Source: the human T2T-CHM13v2.0 reference genome, Homo sapiens
Length of the DNA: 64,000 nucleotides
Reading direction: 5' to 3' (one strand)
NCBI RefSeq assembly: GCF_009914755.1
Contig: NC_060940.1
Below are positions 12,396-25,866 of this stretch, piece after piece. Both the position numbers and the translations under genes were made by a program. Under the pieces are notes generated by a model that made no database searches, was not told the DNA's origin, and worked only from the letters and a program-made list of their open reading frames with translations. Each line of letters opens with the position of its first letter. The stretch's first letter is position 1.

Positions 12396-14272
12396 CACTT
12401 TTGCCCATTTCTTATCTCATTTAAGCTTCTCCCTCTCAAGAGGGAGCGAGATCTGCAGCTGTGAAACCAGATGCTGGAAGAAGGGAGGTGCTTTGCTCAA
12501 GGTCACACAGGCTGAAATGTTATCATTGATTTTAGAACCTGGGTTTTCTGACTTTGAATACACTGTTCCTTTTAATAACTCATCATACAATTTCAGTATG
12601 ACATAGGAATAAGGACTAGATTTTGATTTTTGAGCCAGTCTCAGGGTCTTTTTCTTTCAGTAGATTGTTTATGTCACATTTCCACTTGTTGATCTAAAGT
12701 ACATGTTTATTAATTAGTAATAATAATGATCATTTATATTATAGGCAATGATATATTAATAAACCATCCAATAACTACTAACAATCATTATAATCATTAA
12801 CAATCGCTAATCATTAATAATCACGAATAACAAATAAGTTAATTATAATTAAGCTGTCACTCTTTATAGTACCTCCCAAAAGATGTGGCAGCAGTTTATT
12901 TGCTGTTTTCTTCAGAGGTCTGGGGGTGAACTGGGCTGTATCTGATTTCTTCCCCTAATCAGAGCCCTAGAGGACTGTTCGATGGATCTTACGTTTAGCT
13001 CAAGGTAAACATGTTACCAAGTTCTTGGCTAACTAGTTATTTCAGGCAAGTACTTAATATTGAAAGGGAGTTAATAGTTTTTTGTTGTTGTGGATTGCAT
13101 GAGATTTAAGCTGTCATCTAAGTCCACCTTCAATAACAGCAAAGATGTACAGTTTTTTAGAAGAGGAGTGGTGGATGATCTCGGAAAGATGGGGCAGGGA
13201 CTCCAGAAAGAATGGGAACATGACAGGGAGACATAAAGGGAGGAGGACAGTGTGGTCTTAAGGGCAGGTGGGCATGGGGTGATCAGAGCTGGCATAACCT
13301 TAGAGATGGCAAAATTACAGCTGGTCACGAGAGGAAGGGGACAGATAGGTGTCTGCAAGTAGCACTGGAAGTGGATTAAAAGAAGGAAGGGTGCAGATAT
13401 GCAATTAGATATATAAATATTTCTTATCTTTGGCCAAGCTAGTTTGAACGCAGAGTTACTCGCCCAGGAACCCCATGGGGCTGTTGATAGTAGTGCAGTG
13501 AAAGCTGATAGATTCCATTTTGGAGCACTGGAGCCCTTTGGCTTATCTGCAAGGACCTGTTACCAGGGGACTTTTTAACAGGGGATTGCACAGCAAACAT
13601 CTGTTCCTTCCCCACGAAAAGGATGAAGCTGGTGACCCCTGTGCACCACCAGGCTGCATGGAAGCACCATATTCATAGTGCCCCAAAGGTTTCCCATGGT
13701 CGTATGTAGGGCGGAGAACGCTGGGGACTGAGAGAACATATTTTTTCACATAAATATTTATGTCAAACCAACTCTGCTAAGAAGGTGGCAAAACAAGGCG
13801 TGAAAACACAATGAGACAGAGCAGCCTGACTTTTTGCAAATATTTATGAGACAGGAAAATGCTGAGAGAGAGAAATAGCCCTGGAAGGTTGGCAAAGAAG
13901 GGAGAGAAACACCCAGGATGCCCCGAGCTGTGGGAAGGCTGTCTTCTTAGAGGAAGAATGCGTAGAGGGGCAGGGCTGATTAAATAACAATACTGTTAGC
14001 GAGGGAAGAGGATTGACAGCTTTTCTGTGCCTTTTAAATGCCTGTATGACAGTCAGATTGCTAAGCACATAGGGTTCTTCAGGAGACTTTCACAGCCCAT
14101 TTTACAGGTGGTCAGGGGGATTAAGAACTTTTTTTAAGCTACTCAGCTGCCAAGGGAGAGAGCTGTGATTCTGTTCATATCAGCTTGTTTCCAGCCTCTA
14201 GGAGTCTTCCCATCACTATACTACAGTTCCCTGGCCCACTGCAGGGCTGGGCAGTAGTGTCATAGGCGATTA

Positions 14273-14731
<459 letters not shown>

Positions 14732-15052
14732 TTATTTGTCTCTGCATTCTGTGCATTTCCTGTAATAATCTTATATTACTTTTTTAACTGAAAATATAAA
14801 CATTAAAATATTAATTCAAAACTCTAATAAGCAGTCTAATATACAAATAATTATTCTTAATATACCTTTTTTGAATAAGCAATATCTGCTCTGCAAGCAT
14901 CCACACCAAACTGCATCAATGCTAACTCCGTGGGGATGGGGGCAGGGAAGGGGAATGGGCAATTTCAAAGCTTCATTTTGTCAGTTTTTGTTCAAATTCT
15001 TTTTACAATGAACACTATTGCTTTTATAATAGGTCACAACATTAAACACGTA

Positions 15053-15054
15053 TA

Positions 15055-15112
<58 letters not shown>
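15053..15112. repeat. (CA)n microsatellite
   Basis: Long near-perfect CA run. Confidence 0.95.
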
Positions 15113-15115
<3 letters not shown>

Positions 15116-15149
15116 CAGGCCTACATAACAGACATAATTAGCATTCTTC

Positions 15150-15280
15150 CCTCTCAGCCTGAGTTTCCTCTTCGATAAAATGATAATAAAAGCAATCCCG
15201 TGAGGATTGAGTGATACTGTTCACATAAACTACTTACCACAGTGCCCAGCACATTGGAAACTCTCAATCCATGTCAGATG
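15150..15280 (+). mobile_element. MIR
   Basis: CTCTCAGCCTGAGTTTCCTC, GTGAGGATTGAGTGA, ACAGTGCCCAGCACAT. Confidence 0.7.
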
Positions 15281-15965
15281 TCATATTTTTAGCTGACAGC
15301 CCATTGCAGGAGTCCATTGAGTACTGGTCGGGGGATCTAGCACATGCCTTGCCCATAGTAGGGGCTCAATGCTTTTGTTGAAGAAGTAAATACACTGGGA
15401 CTGACTCTGGCTTTGAGAGTAAGAAATCCAGCCTTTGTGAACCATTCAGGTTTAGGCAGTTGTCAGTCACTGCCGAATTCTTTTGCTGCTGCTCAGCCAA
15501 GGTTCCCCAGAAGTCCTCTTCTGATATCCCTTTAGGACACGGCCACTTCTTGCCAAGCCACCAACAATTGTTCCTGCCTCTGGCAAGCAGTTATCTTCAG
15601 AGGGACGAAACAATCTCATCCTTCCTAAATGCTGGAGAGAATGCAATAGAAAAAAATCTCTGTGCTACAGGAAGGCAGCCAGGCTGTGATGGTCAAGGGG
15701 GAAAGAGAAGCTCCTAAGATGTTTGCATATTTTCTCGAGAACAGGTTGCAAAAGAAATAGGTAGAGTGTCACCTGGATTTGAAGGGTTGTATAGAGTTAT
15801 TCAACCCCAGTTTTCTATAAGGAGCAAACAGGCAAGCATAATTATTGGCTGTTGCAGAAAAAAGGGGGAGAAGGACATTGACATTAGCAGACTGTCTGTT
15901 GTGCCAGGCACTGTGTTTGATGCATTAAGTATGTTTTCTTTTTTCATACTCAAACCATATTATTA

Positions 15966-16325
<360 letters not shown>

Positions 16326-17019
16326 CTAAGGTCATGTAATGCAAATAAACAGGATAGAACTAGGATTTGAGAACTAGGATATCTATTTGGGTCCAAATCT
16401 TCCTGAGGATGTATGGGAGACAGAAAAATTAAAAAGACAAGTTAGTAAATGGATACATTAGAATATGGCCAATTTGATTTTCTGCTATCTTGGGAAGCGG
16501 GGCAGGCAGGAAGAGACTTTGTTATTCAACAAGGATAAATTCATTCATTCATTTAGGAGCTGGGATTGGCTTGGGCCATGGGTGGCAAGAAGATTAAATC
16601 TTGAGTGCCTAGTCTAATCCATTGGGAGTGGCTGCTCGATGGGAAATTGATTAATGGTGCCTGTTAAGGATATGAAATAGAGATTAGTGGTCTAGTTGCT
16701 ATATCCTTGATACCTACTCATGAAGAAGAGAAGTGGCTGTTCTAAGTAACACAGGAAGAAGTGCTATACTGAATGGCACAGATAAGGTGATGGTGGATTC
16801 TATCTTTGTGAAAACAAAGGTCTGAGATAGATGGTGAACACAGCTGGCAGTTTCTGAGAATCCCATGAGGATAGGTAAAGGCTTCATTTGAGATAGTGAA
16901 CTTATAATTCTTGAACTACCTCTATGGGAAGCAGCCCAGTCTGGACAAGAGAGAGGCTTAAAGAAGAATCCAGGAAGCAAGCCCTTCTTGTGGCAAAGTG
17001 GTAGCTAACAGTGGGACTA

Positions 17020-17205
17020 TGGGAGCTAGACAAGGCCACATTTCAAATCCTGGCTCCATCATGTATGAGCTGTGGGAACTGGGGAATTTACCTCTCTATT
17101 TTCAACCACAAAATGTGAATACTGCTTCTAACTCTTGGTGTTGTTCTGATGATGAAATGAGATAAAATTATTAAAGTGCTTTGCACACAACTGGCACTCA
17201 ATGTA
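17020..17205 (+). mobile_element. MIR
   Basis: TTCAAATCCTGGCTCC, GATGAAATGAGATAA, AAAGTGCTTTGCACA. Confidence 0.7.
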
Positions 17206-17840
17206 TGACTGTTCCCTTTTCCATGCACCGCATCGTATCCTGCAGCTGGGAATACTCCCCCTGTGAGGAAAGTCCTGACCGGAAGACACTTAGCCTAGCC
17301 CTTGGTATACAGGTGACTCTAATGCCCCCTTCCCATGACTGAACTTCAGGGGCCCTTTACTATTAATAGAAACTGTGTTCCTAATTCCTCTCCCACTGTG
17401 CAGTCAATTTACCTCTTAAAGCCTGACAGAGGCAGCATGCAGGAAGATTGACAACATTGCTCACACTATTTGAAGGTTCCACTGTGTGTTGAAAATTGTC
17501 TAAATGGGGGGATAATGAACAGTCACCAAATTGGAGCTTTCTGAAGCTGAGAGGAAAGAAAGGCTTTGGAGAGAGGTTGCCATCTTACCAAACATATTAG
17601 CCAGGGTAGGGAGATGGAGGAGGGATGGTGTCAGTTCCCCAAGCCCAAGAAAGGTTGGACCTGTTAGAGTATGAAGCATCTGGGGGCCGTTCACTGTTAG
17701 CAGTTTATGTGATTACTTTCTAGGGAATGCTGGGATCAGACAGGGATGGGCACACCTTGGACTCTGTGTGCCCCAGACAGGTTAATGTAACTGTGAGCCC
17801 ATGGGCATCCACCATGATCTGGACTGACCTGACATGTGAA

Positions 17841-18550
17841 GACAATCCTAAAACTTATATGGAACCACAAAAGACCCAGAATAGCCAAAGCTATCCTGAG
17901 CAAAAAGAACAAAGCTGGAGGAATCACATTATCTGACTTCAAATTATGCTACTGAGCTATAGTAACCAAAATAGCATGGCACTGGCATAAAAAAAAGACA
18001 CATAAACCAATGGAGCAGAATAGAGAACCCAGTAACAAATCCACACACTTGTGGTAAACTCATTTTTGACAACAGTGTCAAGAATATATACTGGGAAAAA
18101 GACAGTCTCTTCAAAAAATAGTACTGGGAAAACTGGATATCCATATGCAGCAGAATGAAATGAATCCCTCTCTCTCACCATATACCAAAATCAAATCAAA
18201 ATGGATTAAAGACTTAGATCTAAGAACTCAGACTATGAAATGACTACAAAAACATGAGACACAATCTCCAGGACGTTGAAGTGGGCAAAGATTTCTTGAG
18301 TAATACCCAATAAGCACAGGCAACCAAAGCAAAAATGGTCAAATGGGATCCCATCAAGTTAAAAAGCTTCTGCATAACAAAGGAAACAATCAACAAAGTG
18401 AAGAGACCACCCAGAGAATGGGAGAAAATATTTGCAAACTATCCTTCTGACAAGGGATTAGTAACCAGAATATATAAGGAGCACAAACAACTCTATAGGA
18501 ATAAAACTAATAATCTCATAACAAATGGGCAAAATATTTGAATAGACACC
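17841..18550 (+). mobile_element. L1M(A) ORF2 fragment
   Basis: ORF2p-like peptides ([40 protein letters not shown]) with frameshifts and stops. Confidence 0.92.
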
Positions 18551-18609
18551 ACTGATTTTTCTGATGGCAACTTCCCTAATGGGATGAGGTGTCCTGGGTG
18601 GAAGGAGTG

Positions 18610-18740
18610 TCTCAAATCCTGGTTTTCTGTTTTATTAGCAGTGTGTCTTTGGGCAGGTAGCTTCACCTCTTTGAGTCTCTACTTCTTTCCTGGCAAACGA
18701 GGGGTGGTAACACTTATCTCACAGAACCATTGTGATGGCT
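18610..18740 (+). mobile_element. MIR
   Basis: TCAAATCCTGG, TTGGGCAGGTAGCTTCACCTCT. Confidence 0.6.
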
Positions 18741-19635
18741 TACAGTCATGAATTTAGAAACTACAAGTGTAATTTGCCACATTCTTACTTTATGGTGGAT
18801 GAGACACTATATTAGTCTACAATTTGATCAACAATCATGCAATGTAGGTTACACTATCCACTCTTGTAAAAATGAAATGTTAAGCCTCATAGAGTTGGTG
18901 TTTCTCATTCAAAACCTCACAATTAGAAACCAAAATCTGTTTGTCTCCAAACTTGATACTTTATTCCCTCTACACAAGACTACCTTGACATTAAATGCTG
19001 CTGACGGCAAAACCTAGTCTGATGTAAGAACATCACAAGTGCTCAAGAAATATTTATTTGTTTATTGTTCATTGATTGATTCACACAAATATTGAGCATT
19101 GATCAGCTCTGAGGCTGATGTTGGACCTTAGCTGGTTGGTATCTAACATTACTGGCTATTGACTGTTACCAGGGTCAGAGTACAGAAGCAACCTGTTTTC
19201 TTTTTCTCTTAACAATGATTAATAACTATCTCAGAAATGGCCATCAATATTTGCAATTGGCAGGAGGTGAGAAGGAGGTGAAATCCAACTCATTGACATA
19301 TTCTAGCTACTGGCAATCCCTTAGTTTCTTATAGCCTATTGGAAACTCAGTGGTATATGGAGGCTCACAAAGATTCGGCAGCCCCATGTGCATAGATCAG
19401 TTTGCACAGCAGTTTGGAGAGGGATGCAGAGGCTGCCTGAGAGGAAGCCTTCCCTGGGGCCCTCCTCCAATTCCTCTATCATAACGCTGACCTCACTGCT
19501 GTCATGATCTGTTTTCCTCTTTGCTCCTCTACTCCAGCTGAGTATGAGTTCCTGGGGTCAGATACAATATTTAATTGATCTGCACATAACCAAAGCATTG
19601 CATAAGGTCAGGCAAAGAATGGGCAGTTAATCAGT

Positions 19636-20815
19636 GCAGAGAGAGGAAGAGGAAGAGGGAGAGAGAGAGGGAGAGGGAAAGAGAGATTGAGGGATGGAAA
19701 GGGAAGGAAGGATGAGAGAGAAAGGGAGATTGAAGGAGGGGGAGAGAGATGGAGGGAGAGAGGGAGAGAGAAAGAGACTGAGGGAGGGAGAGAGGGAGAG
19801 AAAGGGGGAAAGAGAGAGAGAAAGAGAGACAGGGAGGGAAAGAGATGGAGGCAGAGGGGTGGGGAGAGAGAGAGGTGGAGAGAGAGACTGAGGAAGGGAG
19901 AGAGAGAGAGACTGAGGGAAGAAGAAAGTGGGAGGGAGAGAGAGACTGAGAGAAGGAAAGAGAGAGTGACTGAGGGAAGAAGAGAGAGAGAGGGAGAGAG
20001 AGCTGAGGGAAAGAAAGAGACTGAGGGGAGGAGAGAGAGAGAGAGAGCTGAGGGAAAGAAAGAGAGACTGAGGGAAAGAAAGAGAGAGCTGAGGGAAGAA
20101 GAGAGAAGGAGGAGGAGACTGAAAGAAGGAGAGAGAGAGAGAGACTGAGGGAAGGAGAGAGGGAGAGAGAGCTGAGGGAAGGAAAGAGAGAGAATGAGAG
20201 AAGGAGAGAGAGAGAGGGAGAGAAGGAAAAAGACTGTGGGAAGGAGACAGAGAGAGCCGAAGGAAGGAAGGAGAGAGACTGAGGGAAGGAGAGAGAGAGG
20301 GAGAGAGACAGCTGAGGGAAGGAAAGAGAGAGAGACTGAGGGAACAGAGAGAGGGAGGGAGAGAGAGAGAGAGTGAAGGAGGGAGAGAGGGAAGGGGGAG
20401 AGAGTGAGGGTGGGAGAGAGAAAGAAAGAGGGAGAGAGGGAAAGAGAGGGAGGGGGAGAAAGAATGAGTGAGGGAGAGAGAGGGAGGTGGGAGAGGGAGG
20501 GAGGGAGAGAAAGAGATGGAGGGAGAGAGAGAGAGTGAGGGAGGGAGAGAGATGAAGGGGTGAGAGAGTGAGGGAGGGAGAAGGAGGGAAGGAGAGAGAA
20601 AAGAGAGGGAGGGAGAGAGAGGAAGAGAGAGAAGGAGACAGAGGAGGAGGGAGAGAGGGATAGGGAGAGAGAGATCGAGGGAGGGAGAGAGAGAAACAAG
20701 TGAAAGAGGAAAGAAAAGAGAGAAAACAAGAAAAGGATAGAGAATAAAGGAAGAAAAGTAAAGAGAAGCGGAACTTGGAAGGGAAGGAGACAGAGAGAAG
20801 AGAAGGGGAGGGAGA
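19636..20815. repeat. GA-rich polypurine tract / degenerate minisatellite
   Basis: ~1.2 kb nearly all G/A, with recurrent GAGAGAGACTGAGGGAAG units. Confidence 0.95.
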
Positions 20816-21489
20816 GCAGCTTGACAGGTCAGCTCCTGCAGAGTTTCTCTGGCTGTCCTCCAAAAGATGCACTCTTAAGCTGTAAACATGCACTGGGCTC
20901 CAGGGTAAGCTTAGGAATTTTTTATTCCAGAAGACCCAATTCTCTGTAAGCCTCAGTCCCCTTGTCTGTGAAATGGGCTTAACCACGTCTATTTCACACA
21001 GTTGTTGTGGGGATTAAGCCATAAAATCACAGTGAAAGAGCCAGAGCTCCCAAGCACAGGAGGCTGAAGTCCAGATGTAGCGCTTTGGAGAGAAGCTCAC
21101 AGGGAGAGGCCTGGACTGCTGGGAGAGCCCAGCTTCTGATGCTGACCTCTTAGCCCTTCCAGTTCTAAGCACTGCGATTGTTCAATTCTTTTATTAGATG
21201 CTTTTCTCTGGCTCAATAGGCCCACGTCTGTGAACGGGACCTTTCCTGGGGTGCATACAGACTGTGCTATTTTGAATTCTGCATCATTAAGATAATTAGA
21301 TGCCCAGACGGAGTTTAAATACTATTAAGAGTTTGGTGTATACTGGCTGGCCCTGGTGACAGAGTCACTTGGGGACACAGTCTCTACTTCCTGCTGATTT
21401 TCTGAGCCCAGAACCTTGATTAGCACAAAAAGGCTCTCCTGGGTGAAGGAAAGGAAGGGAAGAGAAGACAGGTGACATATTTTTGGGCC

Positions 21490-21860
21490 CATTCTTAGTG
21501 CCAGGTGTTCTGCAGGGAATTCTATGTGCATTGTCTAATTTAATTTCGCCCTTCTAACAAACCTATCAGGTGTTGTGTGGTTGCTCCCATTTCATAGATG
21601 AAGAAACACAGTGGTGGAACAGAGGGTAAATTTGTGTGCTTCCAACCTAGCAGCTAGGAGGCTCCATTGGCTCGGTGGCCTTGAGCGCTTTTCTTTACCT
21701 CTCTAAGCCTAAATTTTCTGGCTTGTGGAGTAAAGACAATAATAATACCTACCATGTAGGATTGGTAAGAGAATGATCATGACTGAGATGGGGCATATAA
21801 CACTCTTACCACAGTGCCAGACAGCTGGAAAGAATTAGGTCAGTGTTAGTTAACATTTTT
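21490..21860. mobile_element. Two MIR fragments (minus then plus)
   Basis: CCCATTTCATAGATGAAGAAAC; CCTCTCTAAGCCT..AATAATACCTACC..ACAGTGCCAG. Confidence 0.6.
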
Positions 21861-22394
21861 ATTCATGCCCAGATTGTTGGGACCAAACCTTAGGTTTGAT
21901 TCTATGACTTTGTGAGTCTAGCTTATGTCCCACTGGGAGGCAGACTTGGGTCCCACATGTGTATGGGAGCTGAAAGTCCCTGATCCTGTTTAGGATATGA
22001 GCACTTTTGGTTCTCCTCATGCTGTTGGAATTCATTAGGAATTCATTTATGCTGTGTCTGTGTACGTGTGTTGTACCCATGATGGCACAGGAACTTGGCG
22101 CTGCCATATCTGTATATACTTTCTGTGCTTGTTCATGTGCAAATCCACCTCTGTGGGGATAATAGAATTAATATCAGAACAAAACTTTGCTGTTTACAGA
22201 AGTGGTTTTGTGGATATGCTTTTATCTTGTCTTTCCAATGACTCTATGTCATTGCCATTTATATTGCCCTTAACTTGCCAATATTTTTGTCTACAAATGT
22301 TATCTGAGCATCTTCTTTATGTCAGACATTGTTCTAGAAAGAAGAGTGAATAAGAAGACAGAGTTATTGTCTTCATTTTCATTGCAGATGCTTC

Positions 22395-22852
22395 TGTTTC
22401 AGTGACAGTGAATATAAAAGAAAAAATAAGAAAATTTTGTGGATTAATTAGAACTCTGAAGAAGAAAAACAACCCCAAATTCTCAATGCATGTATATAAT
22501 TGATGTTTATTTCTCATTCACAGTACAGTGAGCTTTGCTCCAAGCAGTCATTCAGGGACTCAGGCAGCTTTCATCCTCTGGCTCCACTATTCTCCTAAGT
22601 TCTTGGAGTCCTCCTCTAGGTCCTCTGCATCTGACCAGCAGACAAGGGGAGAGTGAAAGACTGGGGACTAGATGGGAGGGTTTTAGTAGACCAAGCTTCG
22701 TGTGGGAAACATAACTTCTATCTACATTCCATTGGCCAGAACTGTCATATGGCTATACCTAATTGTAGAGAAGCCTGGTACATCTGGTCTAGCTGGTTTC
22801 CTAGGAAGAAGAGGGAACCATTTTAGTAAAGATGCATACACCCTCTGCTACA
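22395..22852 (-). mobile_element. MLT1J-like LTR
   Basis: GCAGTCATTCAGGGACTCAGGC, CACATTCCATTGGCCAGAAC, ends CTCTGCTACA. Confidence 0.7.
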
Positions 22853-23803
22853 GTACACAGGTAGGGCTGTGTTTATGCTCCCTGTGGATGTGTGTTCACA
22901 TGGCTTTCTTTGGAGGGCTCAGAGGAGCTGGTCTCTGCAAGAAAAGGATGCATCTTCAATGGATGGTCCCATATGTTCAGCAGGGGAAGTCTGACCTCTA
23001 GACCTGCCTTTTTCACACCATCCTTTCTCCTATTTACCATCTCTTACCCCATGTCCAACCAGAGACTCAGATCTATTGCTCTACTTGTGTGCCTTCTTTC
23101 CTTCTCCCTTCCCAGAGTGAAGCTCCTCCACTCTTGTGAATCCCTCATCACTCCACAGAGGCTACACACAACTGGGAACCCAGCTAGTTTTTTGTACCTT
23201 TGAAACATTCTTCGCCATTAGTAGCAGTCATTGTAATGCTACCACTTAAGTTGAATGACCCTCACAATTTTCAAAGAACTTTCATGTATTGAAATTTCTT
23301 CCTCAAGATCTATTTCATGAGACCCCAATGAAGGTCTATTGGCACCATGGGCTCTCTGAGCACATCTGTATGTCTGGTGACTATCATGGGTCCTGGCACA
23401 CAATGGGACATCAATATGACATAGCCAATGAAAAAATGAGTCAATCATTGATTATGTCTTATTTAATCCTTCCAGCAACCTTAAGATTTAAGTATAATTC
23501 TCTCTCCTTGGTTCATATTATTCTCAGGGAAGAAAACTGGGACTCAGGAAATTTCATAGCTCTCCCAAAATCACAACAGTAATAATTGGTGGGACTTGGA
23601 TTCAAACTCAGGTGTGCTTCATCCCTAATTCTATGTTTTTTTGTTTGTTTGTTTGTTTTGTTATGTTTTGTTTTTGCTACATGATACCATCCCTATCATT
23701 TAATATTGATACCACATCCTTATATTTCTTGGTACTTTTCCAAAGTACTTCACATATGTGATTTTATCAGAGCAACACAGAGTTTCAGTGTAGTATATAA
23801 CAC

Positions 23804-23859
23804 AGGTATGACTTTTTATTTTCATAGGTTTAGGTATGACTTTTTATTTTCATAGGTTT
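23804..23859. repeat. Perfect 28-bp tandem duplication
   Basis: AGGTATGACTTTTTATTTTCATAGGTTT x2. Confidence 0.95.
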
Positions 23860-23892
23860 AAAAAAATCTTCTGCAATGAAATACATCTACAC

Positions 23893-24935
23893 TAGAACTT
23901 AGCAGACTTTTTCTGTACAGAGCTGGATAGTGAATATTTTAGACTTTGTGTACCATGCAATCTCTGTTCAACCCCTCAACCCTGCCACAGTAGCACAAAT
24001 GTGGCCACAGGCAATATGTAGAAGACTGGTTTGGCCATGTTCCAACAAGACTTTATTTACATATGTTTGTTGGCTGCATGAATGTCTTCTTTTGAACATC
24101 ACTGATCATTAGAGAAATGCAAATCGAAACCACAGTGAGATACCAACTCACACCAGTCAGAATGGGGATTATTAAAAAGTCAAGAAACAACAGATACTGA
24201 TGAGGTTGTGGAGAAAAAGGAATGCTTTTACACTGTTGTGGGAATGTAAATTAGTTCAACCATTGTGGAAGACAGTGTGGCGATTCCTCAGAGATCTAGA
24301 AGCAGAAATACCATTTGACCCAGCAATCCCATTACTGGGTATATACCCAAAGGAATATGTCATTCTATTATAAAGATACATGCATGTGTATGTTCATTGC
24401 TGCACTATTCACAATAACAAAGACATGGAATTAACACAAATGGCCATTGATGATAGACTGGATAAAGAAAATGTAAAAAATATACATCATGAAATACTGT
24501 GCAGCCATAGAAAGGAACGAGATCGTGTCCTTTACAGGGACATGGATGGAGCTGGAAGCCATTATCCTCAGCAAACTAATGCAGGAACAGAAAACCAAAC
24601 ACTGCATATTCTCACTTACAAGTAGGAGTTGACCAATAAGAACACATGGACACATGGCAGGGGTGGACAACACACACTGGGGCCTGTTGTAGAGGTTGTG
24701 GGGAGGGGAGAGCATCAGGAAGAATAGCTAATGGATGCTGGGGTTAATACCAAGGTGATGGGTTGATCTGTGCAGCAAACCACCATGACACATGTTTACC
24801 TATGCAGCAAACCTGCACATCCTACACATGTACCCTAGAGCTTAAAAGTTGATGGAAAAAAAAAGGTTTTATTTACAAAAGCAGGTGACAGCCATATTTG
24901 GCCTATGAGCCACACTTCTTCAACTCCTGCTCTAT
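23893..24935. mobile_element. MER58A (hAT-Charlie) split by an L1 insertion
   Basis: GATAGTGAATATTTTAGACTTTGTG...CCATGTTCCAACAAGACTTTATTTACA, resumes TTTATTTACAAAAGCAGGTG after the L1. Confidence 0.8.
24062..24864 (+). mobile_element. 5'-truncated L1PA (about L1PA11-13) with short 5' inversion
   Basis: ORF2 end and 3'UTR (GGAGAGCATCAGGAAGAATAGCTAATGGATGCTGG); inverted 24062-24095; TSD AAGACTTTATTTACA/AAGGTTTTATTTACA. Confidence 0.93.
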
Positions 24936-25344
24936 ACAACCCCCAAGGAGTGAAAATGGAAAATCCCAAAAAAGGAAAATCATGACTGAGAGTCTAAGGA
25001 ACTTGCCTGAAGCCTCACAACCTATTTGGGACAGAGTTCTGGTCCTGAATCCATGTTTCTTGCTTCCTAAGATAATGTTCTTTCCATGATACCATCCTCC
25101 CTTATTAACCACTGTGGTGGAAATAGACGCTGATCCCGGACTCATGGGTTTGCCATTTGTTCTCCCTAATTACAAACATTAGTCACTGTTTAGTCTTCAG
25201 TCCTGACAGCTTTTTTCCTGCAAAAACCTATACAAGTGCAAACTCCTTGCTTTGCTGAGTTCTAATCACAGCGACAAGCACAGGACAATGTGTCTGTTTC
25301 TAAAAATGAATGTATCAGCCAGAACAGAAACCCTCCCTGATTTC

Positions 25345-25590
25345 CAATAGGCCAGAGTGGTAAAGAATACAGATTTGGAGGCAGACAATCGAGGTGTGAA
25401 TAGCAGCTCTGATGGTTACTAGCTGGGTGACTTTGTGTGTCTTAGTTGCCTCATTTGTAGAATGGGGATAGTAATAGTATCCCCAGAAGACTGTCGGATG
25501 AGAATGAAAACAGTTAAATGTAAAGCACTTAGAAGAGTGTCTGATACCTAGTAGATGTTTACTGCTATTGCTGCTAATATTATTATTTTT
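25345..25590 (+). mobile_element. MIR
   Basis: GAGTGGTAAAGAATACAGA, CCTCATTTGTAGAATGGGGATAGTAATAGTA, TGTAAAGCACTTAGAA. Confidence 0.85.
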
Positions 25591-25652
25591 TTCCCAAAAT
25601 GGGATTTGTGACTTCATGTATTTACTGCTTTTAAACTTCAATGCCTCTAACT

Positions 25653-25866
25653 CAGAATTTTCATACCTTTGGCATGACTGACATTTTGGACTGGATAATT
25701 CTTTGCTGTGGGGAGTGTCTTGTACATTTTTGCAGCAGCCCTGGCTTCTACTCCCTAGATTTGGTGGCATCCACTTCCCCCATCTGTGACAACCAAAATA
25801 TGTCCTGACATTGCCAGATGTCCCCTTAATCCTAGAGGCAAAACTGCCCCCATTAAGAACCAGTGG
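25653..25866. mobile_element. MER20 (hAT-Charlie)
   Basis: TGACATTTTGGACTGGATAATTCTTTGCTGTGGGG ... GTGACAACCAAAATATGTCCTGACATTGCCAGATGTCCCC. Confidence 0.9.

Noticed and set aside
19608-20986. Longest ORFs (373 and 451 aa, S/L/P-rich; R/E/G-rich on the other strand)
   Set aside because: Artefact of the GA/CT tract, which contains few stop codons
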